DNA of 64,000 nucleotides from Chiloscyllium plagiosum (Eukaryota): NCBI RefSeq assembly GCF_004010195.1, contig NC_057719.1:50978913-51042912 (forward strand), given 5' to 3'. Made by a program: the position numbers and the translations under genes. Shown piece by piece: positions 13,502-23,954 of this stretch; positions within the stretch are counted from its first letter, which is position 1; every line of letters begins with the position of its first letter. Under the pieces are notes generated by a model. That model was given only the letters and a program-made list of their open reading frames with translations. It did not search any database and was not told the DNA's origin.

Positions 13502-14179
13502 GTTGTGGTTCTGTTCGCCGAGCTGGAAGTTTTTGTTGCAAACGTTTCGTCCCCTGGCTAGGCGACATCATCAGTGCTTGGGAGCCTCCTGCGAAGCGCT
13601 TCTTTGATGTTTCCTCCGGTGTTTATAGTGGTCTGTCCCTGCCGCTTCCGGCTGTCAGTTTCAGCTGTCCGCTGTAGTGGTTGGTATATTGGGTCCAGGT
13701 CGATGTGTTTGTTGATGGAGTTTGTGGATGAATGCCATGCCTCTAGGAATTCCCTGGCTGTTCTCTGTCTGGCTTGCCCTATGATAGTAGTGTTGTCCCA
13801 GTCAAATTCACACACACGCAGACAACAAGCAACATGAACTCGACTGGGACAACACTACTATCATAGGGCAAGCCAGACAGAGAACAGCCAGGGAATTCCT
13901 AGAGGCATGGCATTCATCCACAAACTCCATCAACAAACACATCGACCTGGACCCAATATACCAACCACTACAGCGGACAGCTGAAACTGACAACCGGAAG
14001 CGGCAGGGACAGACCACTATAAACACCAGAGGAAACATCAAAGAAGCACTTCGCAGGAGGTTCCCAAGCACTGATGATGTTGCCTAGCCAGGGGACAAAA
14101 CGTTTGCAACAAAAACTTCCAGCTCGGCGAACAGAACCACAACAACGAGCACCCGAGGTACAAATCTTCGCACAAACTT
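13502..14179. mobile_element. Fold-back Penelope-like insertion (two inverted 3' ends of about 305 bp, 12-bp TSD)
   Basis: Arms about 13502-13810 and 13836-14143 both encode WDNTTIIGQARQRTAREFLEAWHSSTNSINKHIDLDPIY (GIY-YIG C-terminus). TSD tggatgactttt at 13490-13501 and 14180-14191. About 36 nt of unpaired tail on the right. Confidence 0.9.
13538..13577 (-). ncRNA. Minimal type-I hammerhead ribozyme motif (core intact)
   Basis: Minus strand reads gca-CUGAUGA-ugucgccuagccaggggac-GAAA-CGUU-ugc, with palindromic ACGU at stem III. The twin at 14068-14107 has GAAA changed to AAAA. Confidence 0.75.
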
Positions 14180-14331
14180 TGGATGACTTTTTCCAGAAAA
14201 AAAAAAAGAGTTGTTTTTCATATTCAACTTCCATTCAACACTGACATCTACTCAACATGTAGGTTTGCTTGCTGAGCTGGAAGTTTCATGTTCAGATGTT
14301 TTGTCACCATACTAGGTAACATCTTCAGTGA

Positions 14332-14426
14332 TGAGCTGAAACTTTATTGCTGGAACAGCACAGCAGGTCAGGCAGCATCTAGGGAACAGAAGATTCGACG
14401 TTTCGGGCACATGCCCTTCTTCAGGA
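14332..14426 (-). mobile_element. 95-bp PLE-derived micro-element carrying a hammerhead motif
   Basis: 14-bp TSD aacatcttcagtga at 14318-14331 and 14427-14440. Confidence 0.8.
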
Positions 14427-14427
14427 A
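14394..14427 (-). ncRNA. Minimal type-I hammerhead ribozyme motif (core intact, GUC triplet)
   Basis: Minus strand reads uuc-CUGAAGA-agggca-ug-ugccc-GAAA-CGUC-gaa. Confidence 0.8.
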
Positions 14428-14779
14428 ACATCTTCAGTGAGCCTCTAGATGAAGCATTGCTTACTATTCCTGCTCTCTATTTATATGTTTGGGTTGGTGA
14501 TGTCATTTTCTGTGGAGATGTCATTTCCTATGGTGATGTCATTTCCTGTTATTTTTCTCAGGGGGTGGTAAATCGGGTCCAAGTCAATGTGATTGTTGCT
14601 AGAGTTCCGGTTCCAACAGCAGAAATAGTCAGCAATGCTTCGTCTGGAGTCTCACTGATGATGTTATCTAGTATGGTGATGAAACATCTAAACATGAACC
14701 TTCCAGCTCAGCGAGCAAACCTACATCCAGAACCTCCATCTGAGCTACAAATCTTCTCAAAACTCACTATCTACTCGAC

Positions 14780-16400
14780 AATATGAAAACTTGCTCAGTT
14801 ACGTTTTGAGACTAATCCAAACCAGCTAACCATAACACCAATCAGTCTACTCTTGATCATCAGTAAATTGATCAATAGTGTTATTAAACTGCATTTAGTT
14901 AGCAATAACCTGCTCATTGAGGCTCAGTTTGGGTTCTACTAGTGCCAGTCAGCTCCTAACCTCCTCATTACACACTTGATTCAAATATGACAAAAGAGCT
15001 GAAGTCCAGAGGTGAATGTCCACCCTTGACATAAGGCTGTATTCAGCTGAGTCTGGCAAAGAGCCCTAGCAAAACTGAAGTCAGTCAATAAGAATCAGGA
15101 GGGAAACAGTTTCTGCTTATTGGGAAGTAGTGTGTATTGGTAATGTTACTGAACAATTATCCTAAAACTTAGGCTTTTGTTATGGAGATAGGGTTTGAAT
15201 TCCAACGTTATAGCTGGTGAAACCTGAAAATCAGCAGAAATCTCAAATCAAAAGCCATTGTTGTAAAAATCCTTGGTTCATTAATATCCTCTTGAGAGGG
15301 AATTTGGCCATCCTAAGTTAGTTTGGCTGCATGTGATTCTGAACCATAGCTATGGTTGACTCTTATCTTCCCTTTGGGCAATGAGGGATGAGTAATAAAT
15401 GCTGGCATAGCGCACAGTGCCCACATCCTATGAACAAATAAAAAGGAACATCTAGCACAAAAGAAGATGGTTTGGTTTTTGGAGATCAGTCTTCTCAGCC
15501 ACAGGACATGATTGTGTCCTAAGACCAACCATCTTCAGCTGCTTCATCAATGACTTTCCCTCCATTAGAAGGAGGATCAGAAACAGGGATGTTTGCTGAT
15601 GACTGCACAATATTCAGCATCATTCTTGACTCCTCGAATACTGAAGCAGACCATGTCTAACTGCAACAAAATCCAGAATGTAGTCAGGCTTGGGCTCAAA
15701 TGGTCAAGTAATATTCGTGCCATACACTAGCAGGCAATGATGATCTCCAACATCTCCATTCTCATACTGAATATCCCACTACCAATATCCTGGATGTTAC
15801 CATTGACCAGAAGCTAAAATGGACTGGCCACATAAATACTGTGGCTAGAAGAGCATGTCAGAGGCCAGGAATACTAGGATCATAGGAACAGGAGTGACCA
15901 TTCAGCCCCACAAGCTTGTTCAACTATTCAATGAGATCATGGTTGATCTGTGGTCTGACTCCATATTCCTGCCTTTGGCTCATATCTCTTAATACCTTTG
16001 CTTCTCAAAAAAAAACTAAAACAAAAAATTACTGCAGCAAGTGACTCACCTCCTGACTTCCCAAAGTTTGCCCACCATCTAGAAGGAGCGAGTAAGGAGT
16101 GTGATGGAATAATCACCATTCCTGGAGGAGTGAAGCGCAACAACACAAAAAGCTTGACACCTCTGGGAGAAAATATCTTGCTTCATTCATCCACAAACAT
16201 TCATTCCTGCACCTCCAATGCACATTATCAGCAATGTGTACCACCTACAAGGTGCACTGTACACATTCACAAAAGCTCCTTAGCATCTTGCAAAGCTGCA
16301 ACCACTACCATTTAGAAGGACAAGGGCAGCAGACACATGGAAACATCACCAACTGCAAGTTCTCCTCTAAACCACTCACTATCTTTTTATTGAATTAAAA
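14780..16400 (+). mobile_element. Old CR1/L2-group LINE with nested SINE (about 15125-15445) and a minus-strand LINE tail (about 15870-16010)
   Basis: RT motif 'gggatgtttgctgatgactgcaca' (MFADDCT) at about 15585-15610; colinear with 26400-27600. Confidence 0.65.
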
Positions 16401-17779
16401 TGTCACCATCTGTTTAGCAGCATTCGAACTCAGGCTCTCCAGAATATTACCTAAGTCTCTGAATTAACACGCCAGCTATAATATTGTGAGGTCATTGCCT
16501 CCTGTTGCTTCCTCTGCTCCTTTAAATTTCCAATCGATCATGAAGTAATTAACAGTTCCTACTTTTCATTTTACTGTGGCTTCTTTCTAAGATGAAGCAA
16601 TGCAAACAGGGTAGGACTCAAAAAATTTCTGAAAAACTTTGTTTTTAGCTTTTCTTTCATAGCAACGAGCTGGACACATAGTATCATGTGACCTACCACC
16701 TTGTCTAGGCAGAGACAAACTGATTACCTTAGATTTCTTGCTAAGAATCTCGCTGGAGTTAAAATCAACCATAATATTTACATGCATGTTTCCAGCAGGA
16801 ATCAATTACAATTAGATGCAGGAATATATATTTCCCTTTACTAGCTCAGAAATGTCTAGGCCACTTGTAGCAACTATTACAATTACAGCAAAAGTTTGAG
16901 GCAGAACTTGTTTTGCATGGTTCAAGTATTTATTACATTATTTCTCTTTTGACTCCCTTCATCAACAATGCACATTGTCTTCAATGTGTTAAAATGTCCC
17001 AATGCATACATAAATACAAGTTGAAGATTGACTGTGTATGTAGATGCACCATTCTGCATGATACAGTCCAAAAGATTCCAGACTGGTCCTTATTTAATGA
17101 TCTATTAATAGAACATGAGAACATAAAAACTATGAGCAGGAATAGATAGTTCGGACTCTCATTCTGCCATTTAATACAATTATGGCTGAGCTTATCTAGG
17201 CTTCAACTCCATTTACCTGTCTGCTTCCCATAATCCCAGACAAAATTTTAATCAGTAGTATCTCAAGTTTACTCATAACAAGATCCAATTTTGTTACGGC
17301 CTAATCATCTTTAGCCTTCTGTTCTATAATAATAACATGTCTTTCAATTGGGAGTAGTGCCTCATGAAATTGCCAATTTCATGTCTTGCTTGTGCAGTAC
17401 CTTTGACCCAGCAGACATCTTTTTTCCCATAATTAGAATTACAAATTTAAAAATGTTAGAGCCTGGGATAACCTGATGTTTGTAAACTGATTTACTTGAT
17501 TAAAAAATATTACATCCCAGAATAAAGTCATAGGACAATGTCAGATTTTTTTAAATTGACTGCTCCAGTAATCAGGCAGTTGTCTTTTCACCCAAAAACA
17601 TTAATCTCATTGCTCAGAATGGAGACCATGAAAAGCCTACTTCCTACTTCAGTGTATATGATATTCAATTCTCCGTGAACCATGACAGATATCAAAATGA
17701 GATGTTTTTTTATTTTAAAATCATTGATTCATTTGTTGTTTCCTAAAATTAACACTTTATGGGTGTTAATACATTTATA

Positions 17780-17920
17780 CTTTATTTGACAGCTGCTTTG
17801 AGTGATATACCAATTTAAATTATGCTTATATTATTCTTTACTATTGTATCTATAGTAAACAAAGAATGACATAAACATAATTTAAATTGGTATGTCACTC
17901 AAAGCAGCTGTCAAATAAAG
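17780..17920. repeat. 141-bp near-perfect palindrome/hairpin
   Basis: Arms 17780-17829 and 17871-17920 are complementary at 48 of 50 positions, and pairing continues inward. Confidence 0.9.
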
Positions 17921-18591
17921 GCCTGTCAAAGTACATAGTCAAAATGATAAAGGGAAGATTGACTGGAGGAGCAAGTACATGATATTTTATTTTTGAATGA
18001 CCATACATAGAAATCCATTTTTCATTGTAGCTGGTGTATAACTCAGGAAGAAGAAGGAAGAAAGAAAGAAATGAGAATTTACTATCAGCAGTAAGTTTGG
18101 GGAAAGTAACAATTCTCTCTTCCTACTGTTGAGTTTATAGATTTAGTACTTAACCATCATCCTTATTATCTGGAGTTGTGGACTAAGGCATTAATATAAC
18201 TGTTAGTCTTTCTTCAAAGATTAGACATAAGCTCTACCTATCAGACTGGTATCATGCCACTGACTCCAGAATGATACTGAAATGAGAATCTGATTAAATT
18301 CCTGGTTGAAAATATGTTAAGAGTTTTGTGTTGTTTGAATAAGCACATTTTAAGCTTCAAGCAATAAGATCTATCTTTTTATTCTGAGAGGATGATTTCA
18401 CAGAAGCACACTCTCAAATACCAAAAGACTGATACAGCCCAGTTCTCTTACAGAATATGCTTACCCATGTGTAGTTGTGAAAAAGTCTTCCTCACTGGAA
18501 CAGTTCATTCATACATAATGTTAATTCTGTGCACTAGTATGCAACCATACCTTAGTATAACGCTGAATGGAGGAGTGAGCTGGTATTCAAG

Positions 18592-20746
18592 CAAGGGGTG
18601 GGCAATTAATTCTTCCAAGGGGCCACATGAGAAACCTGAGTTGTGTTGGAGAACCGAACCAACAATGAGTTGAACATAATTCTGCTCAGTATTAATTTTC
18701 TCCCATTGTAATAAGTACTGAATTATATAGTTTTGGACTGAAACTTATAATCAAAAGAATAAGGATATTCTGTTACAATAAAGATATGAAATTGTGGAGT
18801 AGGTAAAATATAGAAGAAATAAACAGTAAAAATAATCATTTCAGTATTTCATTTTATTTTTAACATGTTAATCTCACAAACCAATAATGAAAGGTTGTTT
18901 CATTATTGTTCAGTATTACAAACAACAAATGACTCTATACAAAAAGCAATAAGTGTTTTTGATGGTTTTCAGTTCATTTTACTTGTTTAGTAAGAAAAAT
19001 CCAGTCTGTTTTGGGCTTGAACAAGTGCACTGAAACCTGGTTGAATGTCTGAGGTGGCTATGCGAACGACAGCTGAAAGGTGATCATCAGTGATAGAGGA
19101 TCTGTATTTAGATTTGTTGAACTTCATCGCTGAGAATGTCTGTTCGCATATATAGGTAGATCCAATGAGGACTAGAATCTTCTGAGCACGCCTCCTCATG
19201 TGTGGAAAGTTCTCCTCTTTGAGGGAAGAGTAAAAATCAAGCAGTGAGACTAGCCTAAAGTACTCTGCCAGAAGTGTGTCAGACTGTAGGTCAATGAGTT
19301 CAAGCTGAACATCACTAGGTGCATTCTCCACATTGCATGTAAATGGGGAAAAAAATCATGTGCATTTCATTCTCAACCACTTTAAAGTCTTGAAGTCGCC
19401 TTGAAAGTTCACCATGCAGTGCTTCTAACATAGATGAGTACCTGTGGAGGTGATCAGCTGAGGGTGTGGCTTCCTTCAGTGTTAGCAAGTGGGTGAGAAT
19501 GTTGTCTTCCAATTGGCTTGAGAGAAGCTGCAACTTTCTCATAAAAGCCTTCACCAAGTTGTACATTTCATGCACAAAAAGGACCTTGCACTGCAGTTTC
19601 ACATTTAGTTCATTCATAAGTGCAGTCACATCAACAGCAAAACCAAGGTCTGCAATTCAGTCTGCATCTGAAAGCTGTGGAATGCCATTCTGTTTCTTCA
19701 CACAGAAATCTTGAGTCTCTTCTCTCAGGTCCCATACACTTTTCAGCATTTTGCCCAGGCTGAGCCACCTGCCAGCTGTGTGGAAGCCTATGTCATTATG
19801 TTCATTCTCATTTTCCTCCAAAAGTGCAACAAACTGCCTGTGATTCAAAGCTCTTGCCCTGATGAAGTTAACTATTTTAGTTACAACATCAACCACATGG
19901 TTAATTTTTAACACTGACTTACACAACACTTCCTGATGTATAATACAATGCAAAAATGCCAATTTCTGTTCAGGGTCAATTTCTGACACTTTATCCTGCA
20001 TTCTCTTTAAATGTCCAACATTTTTTCCTGTTAGATTTGGATAACCATCCGTTGTCACACCTGCCAGCTTGTCACATTTTAGTCCCGTGTCCAAACATGC
20101 ATTTACTTCCGTGAACAAATCATTGCCAGTTGTTGTTCCTTTCATTGACTGCATAGCTGCCAGCTCCTCCATGATTTTAAAGTCCGTAGTTATTCCACGT
20201 ACAAAGTTGAGTAGCTGGGCTGTGTCATGTACGTCACAGCTCTCATCCAAAGCCAAGGGAAAAAAGTCAAAGTTGACTGCTCTGTGCTGCCGCTGAAGCT
20301 CCAGATTTCTCGCAATGTCCCCAATCCTTCTCGTTACAGTGTGTCGGGAGAGGGGCACATTCTCAAATGCCTCCTTTTTCTCCGGGCACATTGGTTCTGA
20401 AGAGTCCAACAAGCACTCCTTAATAAACTCTCCATCAGAAAATGGTTTACTGTTTCTGGCGATTTTGTTGGATATGACATAACTTGTCTTGGCGTGAGCT
20501 GACATTTTGAGGGCTAGCCAGCAAGCATCACTTTTAGCTGTTCACGCACGCACATACACGTGCATGAGCGTCCATACATAAATAAAAAAAGCATCCTTTC
20601 CAAAACAAAAGCAACACAGTTGTATTGCGTGCATGGCGTAAACACTTTTTCATTTATGTTCTAATTTAAGACTGACCTCATGCGGGCCGGACAGGAACGA
20701 CCAAAGGGCTGGATATGGCTCACGGGTCGTAAAATGCCCAGGTCTG
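18592..20746 (-). mobile_element. hAT (Charlie/SPIN-group, GTF2IRD2-like) DNA transposon
   Basis: Imperfect ends CAAGGGGTGGGCAA and CAGACCTGGGCA. Right flank atctagat fits the NTCTAGAN target preference of Charlie elements. Internal transposase present. Confidence 0.85.
18987..20505 (-). pseudogene. Disrupted hAT transposase
   Basis: Motifs LALDESCD, VTTDG, LHCIIHQE, RWLS and the dimerisation-domain GSTYICEQTFSAMK. One in-frame stop at 19657-19659 and one frameshift near the A-run at about 19350. Confidence 0.9.
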
Positions 20747-21147
20747 ATCTAGATCATGGTCCTGGATTGTGCAAACAGTTCAGCTTTCAAAGTTTGAGGA
20801 AATCAGAGACATAAATTTTTGAAACTTCCTCTGTTTCCCAGAATATATTTCTGAGATATTCTTCAGTTTTTTGTTTGATAAAGGTTACCTTTCACTCACT
20901 GGGAAAGAGAGGGAGACATTTTACCTCCATCCAGCTTTCTTCCAACACCCTACAGCTCCCCAAGTTTGTGACAGAAACAGAAATTAAAATTCCAGAGGGT
21001 GTTGCTCAGCAGTGGTAGCACAGATCCTAGGATTTCTCTTCAACTGTGTTTGTCAAGCTATTAAGAGTATAAAATCAGTCTCTTACCTTAATCTGAATGA
21101 TTGGTTACTCCTCTTTGCATATCCAGGCAGTTATCAAATAACCCTCT

Positions 21148-21282
21148 AAATAAATAATGAACTATAGATGCTGGAAACCAGAAACAAAAATAGAAATTGC
21201 TGGAAAAACTCAGCAAGTCTGGCAGTATCCACTGAGAGAAATCAGAGTTAATGTCTCGGGTCCAGTGACCTTTCCTCAGAAC
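21148..21282 (-). mobile_element. PLE-derived micro-element with a decayed hammerhead motif
   Basis: TSD tcaaataaccc at 21134-21144 and 21283-21293. Minus strand reads gagtt-CTGAGGA-aaggtca-ctg-gaccc-GAGA-CATT-aactc. Confidence 0.7.
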
Positions 21283-22958
21283 TCAAATAACCCACTGTTT
21301 TGCTTGACCCTTGACTTTTTCTAAGAAATCAGATGACATAGCCTCTTCAACACAGCAAAGTTTAAACACGTTTATGCTCCACTTTCCCATAGTTCATAAA
21401 TGTGTTCCTAACCGTGTATGTAACAATATATAAATCCCTCTTTCTTAGAAAATATTATAATGTTCCTAACATAACTCTTATTGTTATTAACAGTCCAAAA
21501 CAAAAGTAAATTATCAAGTTTAATAAACAAAAGTTCTTCAGTCTTTTATAACACATTATTTTCTTCCCCACCAAACAATGTTACTCATAGTATCTGTTAA
21601 GTGGTACAGATGTGTTCACTACTGAAACACTCCACTTATGCACAGTATTAATTCCAATATGTAACAATATATAAAATGTGCAGAAGCCTTTCTACTTCCG
21701 GTGAAGTCAACATCAATTTATACTTCACATCTACAACTGAAACTTCCTTGCATTTCAAGTGTTGATGAATGTATTGCATTTTTAAACAATCCAGTTTTTC
21801 TTTCCTTCCAAGATAATTCATGTCATTGATAATACTCTCAGATAGTTTCTAAATCCAGAAGGCGAGAAAAGAACATTTGAAGCAGAGCAGTCTGTAAAAG
21901 CAACACCATTTTTGTTCATTGTTATAAATGTGACTGACTTAAAACATATTATTCTTACCCAATCCACACATACCTCATTGAAATGACACAAATAATCCTT
22001 GCAGGTGGCATTACAACAGTACCAGCTTGTCATGATTTCATTTGAAAAGTGAAGCAAGAACTGCAACTATGCAAAACAACCAGATAGATCAATGAGAAAG
22101 AAAAACTGCAACAGTAAGATAAATAAGCATTGCAGCAGGAAGAAGCAAGCTGATGTCCAAGCAACAATTGTTTGCATACCTGTGATTTAACAACTGAAAT
22201 GCTTCTATTTTTCAAGCATATTCATTCAAGATGTAAATAGATTCTGATTGCTCCTACTCCAAGTGAGTTGGGTACCAGGTGAAAGAGAAACATCTACATT
22301 GTGACTGCAAGCATTTGTAATGTTAGTTGCTCTGGAAAAGCTTTTTGCTTCCTTTACTTCACGATAAAAATATTCAGCAATTGTAAAACCAGAGTTGACA
22401 CAGGGATGAGCTGAAAGATCAATTTGGGAGTCAACACAGGAAAGATATAGGTTACAAATGCAATTCCATGTTCTTTTGTGTCATAAAATTAGAAAATATC
22501 TATAAATGAGAACATTCATTTGATCACATTCAATGTGTGGTATGACCAGAGTTCTATGTAATTTAGTGATGACCTCTTCTAAATAACACACTTTCCATAT
22601 CCTTTTGCATTATTGATTGTGGCTCTACACTGGTTGGACCTTTCCAGTATTAAGTTATGTATTTTATCAGCTTCAAAGTTCACTATTTCAACACTATTCA
22701 AGGAGTATGCATGTAGACAATTTTATTATCCTATGTTAGACAAATAGTGAGCTCATTAAACACTATGTGGCCACTGGCTTCTGTATAATTTTTGGCACAC
22801 TAATAAAAGAGATTTAATAGAAACACAGCTTCAGACTCAAATTTGCAAAAAAGCTTGTCTAATCAGCTCAAGTCCAAGAACTCAGCAGTCTCAACAATCA
22901 GCCCCATCACAGTCAGATATTTTCAAAACCGTGCTTAAAATGGGCTCATTGATTCACA

Positions 22959-23101
22959 GGGGCCGAGGAGTGTGGAAGGATTCAAAGAATAAATTATTGA
23001 TGGTGAGGACCAGTTCAGCCAAACAATTGAGAGTGTCAGTGGAAGGTACTCAGATGCTGCCTGACCGGCTGTGCTTTTCCAGCACCACACTCTTCAACTC
23101 G
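22959..23101. mobile_element. Chimeric PLE micro-insertion (inverted RT fragment plus terminal fragment)
   Basis: 13-bp TSD tcattgattcaca at 22946-22958 and 23102-23114. The minus-strand part reads ..LAELVLTINN.. (PLE RT-like). The plus-strand part 'gatgctgcctgaccggctgtgcttttccagc' matches the 14332 and 36730 family. Confidence 0.65.
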
Positions 23102-23954
23102 TCATTGATTCACAATGCCATGCCCAGCACAAGTGGAAGAGTGCTTAAAAGTAGAATTATTTTGCAAAGATGTGCAGGAATTAATTGGTTCAGCATGTGG
23201 AGGAATCTCTTCCTAAAGAGTGAGCTACAGCTCGTGCATGCCATCATGAACAATGAAGCTAGTCATTTTAAGAATTGCACTGTCAAAGTAACAGATATCT
23301 CAAGTGTTCCTTCTTGTCAATTTGTTGCGTTAAGTACCTATTTTGAACAACAAATTCTATCAGTTTTGTTTTTCACAACTTCTCAGTCCTATGACAGATA
23401 TTCTTCAAATTCACAACAACTCAATTATTCCAGTTTGGGAATATTGACACTTTTGTGCTATGGAGTACCTGTTATTCTAGAGATCTTCACATTCTACATA
23501 ATCAAAAGTCTTCATGGGGTGTTAAAATGAGGCAAGATGGGATTATTCTCTTTTCCCACTCCATGTTTGACTATAAGTTGTTTTGTTTGCTATTTGCAGT
23601 TTCATTATGATGGTGGTTCATCATTGAACTAGAGGCTGTCAATGGATCTTTAACAAAAAAACATATGCTTATTAGACCATATAATGTAGGCCATTCAGCC
23701 CATTGAGTCTATGCCATTCAATGAGATTATGTCAGATCTGATCATCCTCTGCTCCACTTTCCTGCCTTATCCCTTTGATTTTTTTTACTGGTTAAAAATC
23801 TATCCATCTCAGCCTTGAATATAAGTAATGATCCAGCCTCCACATCTCTTTCGTGGTAAAGAATTCCACAGGTTGACAATCGTCTGGACAGAAGAAATAT
23901 TCCCCATTTTGGTCCTATCTGGGCTACCCCTTACTCAGTGATTATGCCCTTTGG

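Larger units (their letters stand above)
14258..14768. mobile_element. Fold-back Penelope-like insertion (second family), interrupted by a micro-element
   Basis: Inverted ends 'tgtaggtttgcttgctgagctgg' and 'ccagctcagcgagcaaacctaca' plus a tail. TSD atctactc(a/g)aca at 14246-14257 and 14769-14780. HHR-like motif at 14652-14692. Confidence 0.8.

Noticed and set aside
13574..14071. Pair of near-identical 87-aa ORFs on opposite strands
   Set aside because: They are antisense readings of the two arms of the Penelope fold-back.
18987..20505. Host gene GTF2IRD2/EPM2AIP1-like
   Set aside because: A stop, a frameshift and transposon ends indicate a transposon copy rather than a domesticated gene.
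22931..23530. 199-aa ORF
   Set aside because: It has a GTG start, crosses a TE micro-insertion and has no recognisable domain, so it is likely a chance ORF.
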